Origin: Eledone cirrhosa
Taxonomy: Eukaryota
Assembly (NCBI GenBank): GCA_964016885.1
Contig: OZ024742.1
Location: forward strand, 304,792,001-304,856,000
Direction of reading: 5' to 3'
DNA: 64,000 nt
Positions 14,940-28,416 of this stretch are shown here, piece after piece. The notes below the pieces were generated by a model that saw only the letters and a program-made list of their open reading frames with translations, was not told the origin of the DNA and did no database searches. How positions within the stretch are numbered: position 1 is the stretch's first letter; every line of letters starts with the position of its first letter. The translations under genes and the position numbers were made by a program.

Positions 14940-15815
14940 CGGACACACAGTCCTTACCACACACTGACCATTTCTCCACCTGTCATTCTCCTCTACTGCT
15001 ATCGCTTCACCCTGCCTTGACCCTCTGACCACTTCCTGTTGCGCGCGCACCCCACATTTCTCCCCTTCCGACCACCACAACCTATGGATTCCACACCATA
15101 GGTCATCATTCCAGCTTTCCACTCCATAACATGAAAAATATCCAGCAACTCATCGCACACTCCACGGAACTACCTTAGGAACTTACCCACGAACATACAC
15201 TCACATTTATTTTCGAACCACGTCACCCACATCCACACCACATATAAACACAAACACACACGTGCGTACCCCCACATATACACACTCAGCTTCCAGAATC
15301 CACCCCATCACCCCTCTGACCCCTCTCCATCCACGCACACACCGACTCACACCCCACCGCACGCACACACCTTTTCCTGAACATGGAACCTCGTTCTTTC
15401 CCCAACTCTCACGTTCACACACACACACACGTACACCTACACACATACACGAACGTCACCTTCAGCCCTCCCCGCTCGGACCACCCGCCTCCCTCTCCCA
15501 ACTTCACCCGCCACCACCCCTACACGCCTCACACCCTTTATTTTTATGTTTATTATTATGTTTATTTTTATGTTTATTTTTATTTATATTTGTACTCCTT
15601 ACATCGTTTTTCCTCCCTTTTCTCCCCCCCCCCTTTTCTAAATGTTTTTCCGCTACTCCCCCTCACACCCTCGGAACTCTCTTCCTACCCACTTTTCTCC
15701 TGATGAAGGGCTTATGCCCGAAACGTCCCCCCCACCCACACACACACTCTCAAAAGCGTGAACCTAATAAACTTCTATTTGTACTGCCTCTCTGTTTTTG
15801 TTCCCGTCCAAGTTT

Positions 15816-15820
<5 letters not shown>
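14940..15820 (+). mobile_element. Degenerate C-rich Penelope (Neptune-like) 3' end with HHR and polyA signal
   Basis: HHR core CTGATGA-A-GGGC-TTAT-GCCC-GAAA-CG-TC at 15700-15727 and AATAAA at 15766-15771. The upstream peptide ...EHGTSFFPQLSRSH...IHERHLQ weakly resembles the PLE GIY-YIG terminus (E...IF.LGTL.P.GINERFS). Ends at (TA)n. Confidence 0.5.
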
Positions 15821-15853
<33 letters not shown>

Positions 15854-15997
15854 AGTGTGTGTGTATTTGTGTGTGTGTGTGTGTGTGTCTTTATCACAGG
15901 TTCATCAGACAAGAACTCTGATGCCCCTGTGATAAATATGCGAAATTTCAGAGTAACTAGACTTACTATTTAGCCTTAATAAAATGAGTATAGATAT

Positions 15998-16091
<94 letters not shown>

Positions 16092-16649
16092 TGATATATA
16101 TATATATATATATGTGGGTGTGTGTGATTCGTATGAGTAGTTATTGTTTTGTGCCACGTTTGTCCCGGTTGAACAAAATTATAATCAAAGCCATTATCGA
16201 TTAGTTGACCCCACCCTTTTTTTCAACCACATTACTATCAGGACGTATTGCCCAATTTGTTTACTTCGTTTTCTAAGACCGTAGAATGCGATTTTGAGGA
16301 GATGCGGATGGAATTTTTAACAGATGGAACGATTGCGTAGAGACTTATTTTTTTATTCGGTGTACTCCATTGGGTCATTAATTCTTTACTAATTTAATTA
16401 TGGCGTTTAACTACTATAATCTATCCTGTGAGTGTTTATAATTATTTGAATTATGTTTAGATATTAAGCATCCCAGTTTGGGTTTTTTTCTACTAACAGG
16501 AATATTCATTTCAGTTCATCAAACGTTTTCAATTAATAAGGGAAATCATGAGAGACTTTACCGTATTTACTTTTCCAGAATTGGTCCACATGCGAATAAA
16601 TCACAGTCAACGGCCTTATATTGATTTCTCTACAATATATATATATATA

Positions 16650-17004
16650 CAATGATATTAAATAAATGGAAACTATATTTGTAAAACCATATATATTCTA
16701 TTATATATATTTCAAGGGTACCAACAATTTTGGTACGCTATCATCAGATAAAATACGAAGTGTTTTATAACTATTTGACATGACCAAGGATAACATATGT
16801 TAACGGTTCAAGTTATCCCTGGATAAGATTTCCAGGGATAACTTGAACCGTTAACGTATATTATCCTTGGTCATGTCAGATATTTATAAAACACTTCGTA
16901 TTTTATCTGATGATAGCGTACCAAAATTGTTGGTACCCTTGAAATATATATAATAGAATAAATATTTTTTTATAAATATAGTTTCCATTTATTTAATATC
17001 ATTG
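16650..17004. mobile_element. Foldback HHR element, family C (174-bp arms, 7-nt spacer), (TA)n-flanked
   Basis: Arms 16650-16823 and 16831-17004 are near-perfect reverse complements; TA repeats lie at both ends. Confidence 0.9.
16899..16960 (+). ncRNA. Type I hammerhead ribozyme, family C (mirror copy on the minus strand at 16694-16755)
   Basis: TATTTTAT-CTGATGA-TAGCGTACCAAAATTGTTGGTACCCTT-GAAA-TATATA-TA-ATAGAATA: 8-bp stem I, stem II GTACCAA/TTGGTAC, palindromic loop III. Confidence 0.85.
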
Positions 17005-17054
17005 TATATATATATATATATAGAGAGAGAGAGGGGGGGGGGGGGGGGGGGGGG

Positions 17055-17146
17055 TAAGAGTCAGGACCCCGACGGCTGAACTCCGGCTGTTTCGACAGCT
17101 AGATTCAAACTAACCCACCAGTATTAGAACGGTGGGAATCTAGCTG
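17055..17146 (-). mobile_element. Diverged family F cassette with a short internal inversion
   Basis: Minus strand TAGCTGTCGAAACAGCCGGAGTTCAGCCGTCGGGGTC resembles 19508-19543; contains a CAGCTAGATTC...GAATCTAGCTG inverted repeat. Confidence 0.45.
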
Positions 17147-17924
17147 AACTTATCAAGAGGTACAGTCCATATATGGGCATGCAGTCAACACAAAAAAAAA
17201 CCCAGAAATATCAAAGCAAATAATTCTAAAGATGTGTTGTTTTTTTTTGTCTATCACGGGGAGTGGTCAATAACTTGGGATGTCGTGTACATGGTTAGAT
17301 TCCTTCATAGCGGCGGGATGCTGAACTGGCCTGTAGAACAAATGGGCACCGAATGCAATCGTGAATACACATACAGCATGTTTCTACAAATATCCCATGT
17401 TATCCATCCACTCACGAGACAGACAGGGGAGTATCGCCAGATGTCGTCATTTTTCCAGTTTTCTTTTTTTTTACATTTTCTCCACTATCACCACACAACA
17501 TCTAATACATCATATCCCAGAATTCAATGCTTTATTTTATTTCCTTATATCTGCTCTTCTTGCTTTATTCATATTCATCGCTCTCATTAAACTTCCTCTC
17601 TCTTTGACTTTCTCTTTTTCACTTTACTTTCTCACTCTAGAGCTCATCCTTTACACTTTGGTTTTTTTCCCCTCCTCACCTTATTCATTTTAATATCTCT
17701 CCCTCTAGCACTACCGCTCCTCTCCACATTCTATCTACTTTATTTTTATCTAACTTCCACATATTATCGTTACACCTTTCTTATTACTATCCTCTATTTT
17801 ATTTACTCACACTCTCTTCATTCCCGATCTCTTCACCTAAGTTCCCTTCTCACAAGTAACAAAATTATTTTGCTACATTCTCTCTTCTTTTTTATCTCTT
17901 TCACTTACCTACTCCTTTTCTTTG

Positions 17925-17996
<72 letters not shown>

Positions 17997-18006
17997 CCTC
18001 TCTCTT

Positions 18007-18044
<38 letters not shown>

Positions 18045-18959
18045 GCTCATTCTATTTCCAAACCCCTCTTTCCCGCGTCCTCTTTCCTATGCTTTCTTTC
18101 GTTCTCAAAATACCTTTTTCTTCTCTTTCTTACTCACTCTCTCTGTTTCATACTCTTTTTCCTATTCTCTCTTTCTTTTTCATAAACCTTATCTTCTCTT
18201 TCCTTTTATCTCTTTATCTCATACTCTCTCTCGCTCTCACTTTCATTCTCTCTCTTTCTCCTTCTTTCATTCATTTTCTTACACCACCTACGCTATTACA
18301 TTCTTCCTCAACACCTTTATTTCCCGCGCCACTACACCTTCAATTCTTTCACACGTATCTCCCCTCTCACGCCACAATTCTCCTCCCCCCATACTCTTCC
18401 TACCACATCCCTCACTCCCCCTCCCACCTCTCAACATAACATAGCTAACCAATCTGGCTTCATCTGATAGTGATGTCAGTGTTTATTAGGTGGGCTGTTA
18501 AGACTAATCCGCCTTCATTAAGATATTGTCGTAGTCCAGAACGTGGGATTTACTTGATGACGATCTTGTCAAAATCTAAGAGCAGGGATTAGGATGCATG
18601 GCCAAACATTGTCATCGCTGTATTCACACATGGGTGTTGCTTAACACCCTCCTCCATACTATGCTACACCAAAAGCACATACATTACAAAACCTACATAC
18701 ACAACCTAAATACAAACTTAAATACACACCAACACTTCTTCATCCTTACCATACCACCAAATATTTCTCTACAGTTTTCTGTTGTTAGTTTTTATCATAC
18801 ATTTTTTTATAACCTTTCATTTAGTTGTTTTCATTCTCTGTATGTCATGTGATTGCTCTCAACCCTGACATCTTTTTATTTATCTAATCATCTATCTATA
18901 TCTCTAATGCTTACTGTCACTTCTTTCTAAATTCCTTTATTTAAGCTCTCTCGTTTATG

Positions 18960-19111
18960 AATACATACACACACAGCCACACACACAAACACACACACAC
19001 ACAGCCACACACAGCCACACACAGCCACACACACAAACACACACACACATAGCCACACACAGCCACACACAGCCACACAAACAGCCACACAAACAGTCAC
19101 ACAAACAGCCA

Positions 19112-19186
<75 letters not shown>

Positions 19187-19240
19187 CCACACACAGCCAC
19201 ACAAACAAACAGCCATACACACACACAGCCACACAAACAT
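18960..19240. repeat. Compound (CACACAGCCA)n/(CA)n minisatellite
   Basis: Repeated CAGCCACACA units. Confidence 0.9.
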
Positions 19241-19450
19241 ATATGAAGATATATTTCGAAGTTTCGCCAATACTTGTTTCTCAGAACATCGTTTTGATAA
19301 TCCAGCTTAGAGGAAGCTTCAACGAATATACCGAATATAGAAAATATATATTAGATTTACAATGCAATATGTAAAATGGCATTTAGTCAATTCATGTTTA
19401 GGAAACCTATGTGCGCTGACCTATAAAAAAGTGATCATATATATATATAT

Positions 19451-19627
19451 ATGGGAACATGTTTAACGCCGACGGCAGAGCTCAAGCCGTTTCGACGGCT
19501 ATTTCCTTCGAAACGGCTTGAGTTCTGCCGTCGGGTTAAACATTTTCTTGTTACCCACTCTACTACCCTAAGTATCGAGTACTCTGGTGCGTTATGGTCC
19601 ATCTGGTTTCTTACCACACCTCCTTCG

Positions 19628-19628
<1 letters not shown>
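19451..19628. mobile_element. Family F foldback cassette, (TA)n-flanked
   Basis: Arms ~19459-19495 and 19508-19543 plus a 3' tail ending ACCTCCTTCGTTA(TA)n. Homologous to 36527-36670 and 44637-44850. Confidence 0.85.
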
Positions 19629-19683
<55 letters not shown>

Positions 19684-19919
19684 AGGAAGGGTCACTTCAC
19701 TCAGGCAATACTAAATTGCGCGCGAGAGTTGTAATGGAGATAACTGCGAAAGTCCAAAAGTTTCTAGTTGAGTACCTAACTCGTCCCATGGATTGAGCGC
19801 TCTACCACTACGGATATTACCTTCCAGTGTTCTACCACTATATATATATATATATGCTCTATATATATATATATATGCATATGTATATATATGTGTGTGT
19901 GTATATATGTATATTCATA

Positions 19920-20095
19920 TTGTATCACCCGGCGTCGAAGACGCTATTATTTCCTAAGATAGGTCTCAAAAATCTACCATGCGCCCAGGAGGCCGAAGGA
20001 TGCATTTTTTCATAAAATCTTTTATTCGAATTTTTGGGTGTCAAAAATAGGGTGCCTCTTCGAGGATGAAGCGTCTTTTGTGCCGGGAAATACGG
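19920..20095. mobile_element. Tc2/pogo-like MITE
   Basis: Imperfect TIRs TTGTATCACCCGGCGTCGAAGACGC / GCGTCTTTTGTGCCGGGAAATACGG (CCGTATTT-type end), with TA on both flanks. Confidence 0.6.
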
Positions 20096-20140
<45 letters not shown>

Positions 20141-20143
<3 letters not shown>

Positions 20144-20434
20144 CAAAGGGATATTTAATTTGTCGGTAATTCAACAAATATATTTATAACAGATTCGAAG
20201 CACTCGACAAGTTTTCTGGAGTATAATATCAATGATATTAATAAATGGAAGCTATATTCATAACTGTATTCATAACTGTTTCATTCGTGAAAAGCATCAG
20301 GAATCCTGATGATTCTCACGAATGAAACAGTTCTAGTCCTGTAGAATCTCTTCTATATTAAAACTTTTATACTCTGCTATGTATTGAGCACCTTACTTAC
20401 TGTGGTTACCTCCGATTCAACCCGGAATAACTTA

Positions 20435-20435
<1 letters not shown>
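20141..20435. mobile_element. Chimeric cassette: family C 3' tail (minus strand) joined to a family A HHR palindrome and tail
   Basis: 20141-20260 matches the family C tail (33151-33237, 46036-46120). 20274-20332 is an inverted repeat containing CTGATGA-TTCTCACGAAT-GAAA-CAG...CTG-TA. Confidence 0.7.
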
Positions 20436-20514
<79 letters not shown>

Positions 20515-20516
<2 letters not shown>

Positions 20517-20704
20517 TTTGAAGGTTCACCACTGGACAATTCCGTATTGTCAATCTTGATGTAATAATATGGAGAGTACTCAACGTAAAGCAGCTAAACC
20601 GTCTTCGTTTGTGTAGTTGATGGTGTGAGTACGGAGTTAAATATTATAATAAAATAACAGGAGGCTGGACACAAGTCCAGCCTCCTGTTATTTTATTATA
20701 ATAT
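20515..20704. repeat. (TA)n-flanked cassette ending in a perfect 30-bp-arm hairpin
   Basis: ATATTATAATAAAATAACAGGAGGCTGGAC-acaa-GTCCAGCCTCCTGTTATTTTATTATAATAT (20641-20704). Confidence 0.8.
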
Positions 20705-20706
20705 AT

Positions 20707-20753
<47 letters not shown>

Positions 20754-21188
20754 GGTAAAAAATAATGACTAATTAGGGTTGCTTATGCAACACAGTCATC
20801 AGTGGACAAAGATGCAATTAAATTTGAGCAATCAACATCATGTGCTTTCTTCCAAATATAAGTTGCTAATCCGTGTCATATATATATACAATTAGGATAA
20901 TTGCGAACGTCCGATGTAGATGTTCAATTTCCCTTTATTCATAAAGCTGTGATACCTATTTCAATGGCATTCTTGGTTATATATGCTTCGATCACGCAAC
21001 AAGTAATGTTATATCATCAGACAGCTTCTTATGCAATAAGGTTTTGTTGTCAATAGCATATAAGCTAAAGTCAAGGGAAGCAACCCATATGTAGTTCCCT
21101 TGTGAACTTTAGTTAGACTGTACTGATGTGCGCAGGCGTCGAGGTAGGGAATGATTGACACATACTTACACAAACACGCACTCACACT

Positions 21189-21252
<64 letters not shown>

Positions 21253-21321
21253 TCTGAGTGTGTGTGTGATGACTGTATGTGTAATTGCTGGCGTAACACC
21301 ACATTTTAACTTGTGTTTGTA

Positions 21322-21371
<50 letters not shown>

Positions 21372-21386
21372 AACATACACACACAT

Positions 21387-21417
<31 letters not shown>

Positions 21418-22954
21418 AATATATCCATACATTTTTCGATGTAATTGTAAGGTTTCTGCACATAAAAATTGAGGGGTTTTTTTTCCATATATTATTGGAA
21501 ATTGATATATCTGAATAAGCATGCAATAAAATAACATTTCTAGACTCATGCAGCCACTGTGTCTGACAAATATTTAAAATTATATTGCTTTAATTTTCTT
21601 ATTGCACATTTCTCATAGTTTCTATAATGTTTCCTTTTTTTCCTTTTATACAAGTAACTTGTCCTAGTTATATCCTTTTACACATCAGCTCTCCCTTATT
21701 TAACACAACTTAGTTTTTCTGTTATTCCTCTAGCTCATGTACAAACATTTTATATTAATCCACGATGTGTGTTTAAAATTGTTTAATTTAATGTATAACT
21801 TTATTTTATTTGTCTAGACTATATTTTATAATTCTTAATTTAACACACACTTATATAAACATTCAAACTAATATGACCAATTCCCAAGCTATATCTTGAA
21901 AAGCTAAACTCAATTTATTATTTTATTCTGAGACTTATAATTTACCTCCAAATAATAAATCGTACATATTATGAAAATGTTTTTCGAATCAGTCTTATAC
22001 TAACTTGTTTTGGGTAATTGCAACCATTTTTACATATGAATTGTCTCATTTCATAAAATTTGCAACTTTTCATTATATTAATGTGAAAATAGAGCGCTCA
22101 AATGCATGAATGTATTTTTCACCAAACACTCCAAAATTAGTAATCGTTTGAATTTAACATTCGGGTTTCAAAATTTAGCACATACGCAAATTTAGAAATT
22201 CTGAATAGTTTAAACACCCATATGATTTACGTTACATACGTGTAAACATAAATATTCTCAGCACTTTTCAATTTGATACAATACCTAACATAACTGCATT
22301 TAAATTTAATCTCAATATGTAAAACTTATGTCAGCCTATTACTACCGTTCTTATACCTGACTTACTCATGAACGCATCATTGGAAACTTTCAACCATAAA
22401 ATTTATACAGATTGTATATGTATAGATTGTGTATATATATATATATATATGCAGAGAGAGAGTGAGAGAGAGAGAGAAAGGGATAGAGATAGAGAGGAGG
22501 TGTGAGAGAGAGAATTGAGAGGATGAAGCATGCATGGGATATGAGTCAAATTCTGATTTGTGTATCAAACTATCGATTGATCTATCCATTAACCGTTTAT
22601 GAATCGACACATCTCCCGAGTTAATCCAGAAACCTTGATATCATGAGTCTTCACAATTTACAGAAATAACACAAGTAACGTATTTGAACAGGGAAGCTAT
22701 CTGCTGGAAATCAAATCCTCTCTCTATTGAGCCATTAACCTACAGCCATACAGTCGTGTGTATGCATATCTACTCATTAGACCAATAATAAATATTGACG
22801 AAAGAAAATCCCTTCTCAATACTGACATTACAACACATATATTAACCGGTGACCCTTAGTGTATGTATGCCTGAGTGTTTAGAGGTCTGTTTGTCCGTAC
22901 GTATATACGTACATAGATACAAGAACATATATATCTGTACACACACACGCACAC

Positions 22955-23005
<51 letters not shown>

Positions 23006-23273
23006 TATACACACGCGCACACACTAACACACACACCCATATAAATAAATATATATAAAAAGATATATATATATATAGAAATATTAAAACTGAAATTAAA
23101 CAGAAAACTGTTAATTCATAGTAAAACACATTATTTTACGATCGTTTATGGAGGGGGGGGGGGTAGTTCTCTGTATGTCCATTCAATTATTGATCTATGT
23201 AAAACATATTACAAAATATCACAGTGAGAAAAAAATACATACGTCATCACTACCCGCCGTCTTCAGAAATAAT

Positions 23274-23455
23274 TGTTTCTACTTTAGGCACAAGGCCAGC
23301 AAATACCCAGTGCATTACGGGTACTTTATTTTATTGACTCCGTAAGGATGAAAGGCAAAGTCAACCTCGGCGGGATTTGAACTCAGACCGTAAAGGGACG
23401 TAACTATGCTGGAAAGCATGGCGTCTGACCCTCTACCGATACTGCCAATCCACCT
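23274..23455 (-). mobile_element. Full SINE copy with 18-bp TSD inserted into the PLE pLTR hammerhead
   Basis: TSD GCCGTCTTCAGAAATAAT at 23256-23273 and 23456-23473. The empty site is visible in the opposite arm (~24556-24573). Confidence 0.92.
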
Positions 23456-23999
23456 GCCGTCTTCAGAAATAATGAGTTGTGTTTATTGAAGAATACAAAA
23501 AAAACATACATATGAATAAGTAAGGTTTTATAACCAGGTTGAAATTGACCATTGTTAAGAATGGAAAGGGGCAGTATAAATACTTAAGGTTGGCGGTAGT
23601 AGATGAATAAATAGGCCATCAGTGGATAAGGTATCAAATGTCTTTTAAGAAAAGAAATGAGAGATGTTAGTGTAAATGAGTTTAGGCATATTGTATATAA
23701 AAGTATTGATGGTCAAAGAAGATTACGGTTGGAGGAGGGGAGATACTGAGATTAGTGTGTTACATCAAGTAGAATGGAATAGAACAATCTTAAAAAGTTA
23801 GCTATTTCTTTGTTGTGAGGAATAATTTGTTCTAAAAATATATAATATAAAAGAAATATATATACACATGTATAGTTACACATGTTTATATATAGGCATA
23901 CATTTATGCATATACATACATATACACACACAAATATACATATTCACACACAAACCTCTCCTCACACATTTATTCACCTATATCTTTTTCTATATTTGT

Positions 24000-24323
24000 T
24001 TAGTTGTATTTATAATATTTGAATGTCCTTCTAATTTTATGGTTACATACTAAAATTAATTCTTGTCTTTTATTTAATAGAGTGTCCTTCGATTTAGTAA
24101 TTTCAAAAATTTCTTGGGAACATAGTCCGCACTCCCTTCTATTGCCCTGATAAGAAATAGTTCTCTTAAGAATCTTCCAAGTCAGGTTATATTTAATATT
24201 CTTCTTTTTACAATTATTAACTGCTTCTGCTAAAGAAGTGGTATTTGCTAATTTTGTGTTTCGGAAACTGTGGGTGTGTGCATAAAATCTCGATTTAAAT
24301 GGATTAGAAGTGGATCATATATA
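24000..24323 (-). pseudogene. PLE GIY-YIG endonuclease C-terminal fragment (107 codons plus stop)
   Basis: YI*STSNPFKSRFYAHTHSFRNTKLANTTSLAEAVNNCKKKNIKYNLTWKILKRTISYQGNRRECGLCSQEIFEITKSKDTLLNKRQELILVCNHKIRRTFKYYKYN*. Shows YIG(->*), FK.R...H..SF, W.IL, CxLCxxE and LLNKR.EL...CxH. Missed by the ORF track because it has no start codon. Confidence 0.9.
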
Positions 24324-24554
24324 GGATTGATTATACAATATGCCTAAACTCATTTACACTAACAACTCTCATTTCTTTTCTTAAAAGACATTTGATACCT
24401 TATCCACTGATGGCCTATTTATTCATCTACTACCGCCAATCTTAAGTATTTATACTGCCCCTTTCCATTCTTAACAATGGTCAATTTCAAACTGGTTATA
24501 AAACCTTTCTTATTCATATGTATGTTTTCTTTGTATTCTTCAATAAACAAAACT

Positions 24555-24693
24555 CATTATTTCTGAAGACGGCGGGTAGTGAAGACGTATGTATTTTTTT
24601 TTCTCACTATGATATTTTGTAATATGTTTTACACAGATCAATAATTGAATGAACATACAGAGAACTAGCCCCAGAAACGATCGTAAAATAATG
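24555..24693 (+). ncRNA. Type I hammerhead ribozyme with ~104-nt extended stem II
   Basis: CATTATTT-CTGAAGA-CGGCGGGTAGT...ACTAGCCCCA-GAAA-CGATCG-TA-AAATAATG: perfect 8-bp stem I and palindromic loop III CGATCG. Confidence 0.75.
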
Positions 24694-25008
24694 TGTTTTA
24701 CTATGAATTAAAAGTTTTGTGTTTAATTTAATTGTTTTAATATTTCTATTTTGACTCTGTATCCAACTGAATTATATCGTTGATAAAAATGTTTGTATTT
24801 TAAACTTTGCTTCACGACATCTACATATGGATTACATTGAGTTCTTTATACAGTTTAGACCCTACCGTTGAGTGGTTGGTTCTGCGCGCGTTTGTATGTA
24901 CTGGCTTGTACAAATATCTGAGAATCATCCAGGTTTTAGAATTTTTTTTACACACATACACACATACACACACACACGCGCTCATAGAGAGAGAGAGGGA
25001 GGCACACA

Positions 25009-25151
<143 letters not shown>

Positions 25152-26043
25152 ATATATATATACATATATATTTTTTGTAAAGCTGGCAAACCTCGAACAT
25201 GGGCAGAGATAGATGAAGTAATTATTAAATACTCCTTCAGTAGTAGGCAATCCTTCCGATGAATACAAATGGAAAATATAAAAGGAAATACATAAAATAA
25301 GACAGAAACAATGTGAAAAAAAATGAAAGAATGGACAAAATATAACACTTAAGTAAGAGCTTCACTTTTATGTTTGTTGTTTCCTTCATATTGTGTCTTG
25401 GTTGTGTGTGTTGTGTGTAAACTGGAGACACACGATTAAAGTTTGGCCGCTGGGAAATAAAAATGGCGAAGGCCTTATTAAGCAAAGAACGTCACTGGTT
25501 AGGATTCTTTCAATAATTGCATCTGTTTGGCAAGCTTCTAAAGTTTTTCTGTGTCTTGCAGTCGTTCTCTGTCGGACAAGAAGCCGCGTCACGCTCTCTT
25601 GAAGCTTATTCGTTTGTCTGTGTGCGTGGTTCGCCTGTCTTGTTAATTTGTATGTCAGTCAGACTTTAGCACAGTAATTTGTACTGATGCGTACGTATGT
25701 GGGTGGGTGACACACATGAGGCTTATAAGAGAGGAAGAAATAGAACTGGAAGGAATAAAAATGTCTTTGAGAAAGAGAAAGAAAATTGTTTGAAAGGGAA
25801 TGAGAAAAAGAAAGATCGAGAGATATCAAGTGAGGAGAGAGGGAGAGTGAGTGAGGGAGAGAGAGAGAGGGAGAGAGAGGTTGGATTGACAACTAAAGAG
25901 TAGATGGAATAGTATAGAGCGTGTGTTGGCATTGAATGTATTTGTGTGTTTAAGAAATGGTAACTGACTGAGAATGAGATGAACATAGAATTGGAAAGAT
26001 GTTATAGAGAGAAAGTAGTCACAGGCACACACAAACCATATAA

Positions 26044-26132
<89 letters not shown>

Positions 26133-26194
26133 CGTGTGTGTGTGTGTATGTATATATATGTATATATACATATATATATATATTTATATATATA

Positions 26195-26245
<51 letters not shown>

Positions 26246-26819
26246 TTGTGTATGTTTATATATATATATGTAGAGAGAGAAAGAGATAGAGACAGAGAGA
26301 GAGGAGGAGAGAGTGGGGGGTAGACGAAGATAGAGAGGATGAGTCTGGCAAAGTGTCCTGTGAAATGTACTGACGAATGTTGAAATCAAACGATATAGAG
26401 AAGAAGAGAGAGGAGAATATCACCAGAAGTTGTAATTGACTGAAATAGTGAGAAAAAGGGAAAATGGTTGAAAGAAAAATACAATAAAATATAAAGATTC
26501 GAAAGGATAAAAAATGTAACATAGCATTGTGAGAGGGGAATAAAACGAGATAGATTAAATAAGAAGTTAGCAGTGTCCGAGCATACATTTTTTTTTTATT
26601 AATTCCTCTGAGGAACGACATGTCCCCTAATAAGTTTACATATCCCCAGGTGACGCATTTACTTCAAGACGATTGATAGTCTAAATTCTTGTTAGCAATT
26701 TCTTTCTTTCCTTTCAACTTGATTTCTACACTATTCTGTCTGTCTATATCTCTATCACACTCGGCTTTCCTCTAACTCTCTTGCCCCCCCCCCCCCCCCC
26801 ATTTATGTCTCTCTGTCTG

Positions 26820-26889
<70 letters not shown>

Positions 26890-27114
26890 ACACTCTCTCT
26901 CGCTTTTTTCTCGCTGCGAATCAATCTATCTTCTCTCTTACACTCATGCTGCTTGGACGTTATGTACTTTCTCTCTCGCTCTCTCAAACACATGCACGCT
27001 CACGCACACATACTTTCAGTATGTCGCTCTTTATGTCTGCATCTGTCTACTTGTGGGCATAAAGATAATGGTAGGGGTGATGGTCTGCGTTTGCGTGTGT
27101 GCACTTGCACAGGC

Positions 27115-27167
<53 letters not shown>

Positions 27168-27552
27168 CGTGTGCGTGTGTGTGTGTGTCTGTGTGTGTGT
27201 GTGTGTGTGTATTTCAGTCTCTAGATTGCGTCTCCGGACAAACTATTCTATAGCGTCCTTGTGGTTAGCTATATATTTAAATATATTCTATATATAAAAA
27301 TGACGTTGCCTCTATTAGAAAAAAGCGACTAAATCTTCCTCGAATTGTACCAACTGTCTGTCACCGTATTGGATAATATAGTCCCCGATATATATACTGG
27401 GTGGAAAAAAGACGGCATGGCCAACAGTATCTTTCATCACATGATACTTGGATCAGAGCTGCTTCAACAACCAGAAAAACAGCAACTACAACTACCACTA
27501 CACTCACAACGTAATATATATGCATATGTAATATATATAAATAAATAAATAA

Positions 27553-27673
<121 letters not shown>

Positions 27674-28225
27674 GTAGGAGCCATGTACTGGTATTGAAAG
27701 CAAGTGTTAAGTAAGAATAAATACACGCTAAATGACTTACTATATACCATGTAATTGCACATTGAACTTTTGTAGGTGACAATACAGGTAATTGTCTTTC
27801 AGTTCCAGTAACACATAGATGACGTATGTTCCGGTGTATAAGACACAAATTGTACATAAGCGCGCATATTGTCTTCATTTTATACATCAAATATGTGAAT
27901 ATGATAATTGTTTCCTATTCAAGCACACGGCAACATATCTTTTGGGAGCGGTTCTGGGGGCTTGATTATACAAACCCCATTACTATGGATTATCGACGCA
28001 GAACGTTAAATTTCACATAGCCAGGATTTGAATTCAGAACACAAATAGGTATGAATAAATATTACCCTTCTTAGTAAAACAATGAGTTTAAAGAAAGTCT
28101 CGTCTAAGTAAGACACAGGAGAGAAAGCATGAGGGACGTTTGTCAACTTGTTTTTGACGGTTCCTTAACTAAAATATCCAGATCATTTCGCATCTAAGTG
28201 TCTGCGATTTACAAAAATGAAACAT

Positions 28226-28416
28226 AATAATTGTTTCTACTTTTGGCACAAGGCCAGCAATTAACCATTGTATCACTGGTACTTTATTTTATCGACCCCG
28301 TAAGGATGAAAGGAAAAGTTAACCTCGGGGGGATTTGAACTCAGAATGGCAAGGGCCGTAACTCTATGCGTCAAAGCATGGCGTCCGACCCTCTACCGAT
28401 ACTGCCAATCCACCGC
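28226..28416 (-). mobile_element. Full-length SINE copy
   Basis: Complete reverse complement of the consensus, from GGCGGTGGATTGG to AGTAGAAACAATTATT. Confidence 0.92.

Larger units (their letters stand above)
23075..24950 (-). mobile_element. 5'-truncated Penelope-like element: GIY-YIG end, 3' pLTR with HHR, and inverted pLTR copy
   Basis: Inverted repeat arms 23075-23697 (SINE-interrupted) and 24332-24749 surround the GIY-YIG coding end. There is an HHR in each arm, and microsatellites on both flanks. Confidence 0.85.

Noticed and set aside
24315-24317. In-frame TGA in the GIY-YIG fragment as possible selenocysteine (reported for some Naiad PLEs)
   Set aside because: It occupies the Gly of YIG (GGA->TGA), not a Cys position, so a simple nonsense mutation is more likely.
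25400-26400. Possible degenerate PLE GIY-YIG or linker on the minus strand (LLNKAFAIFISQRPNFNR)
   Set aside because: Similarity is too weak to call by eye; needs an HMM search.
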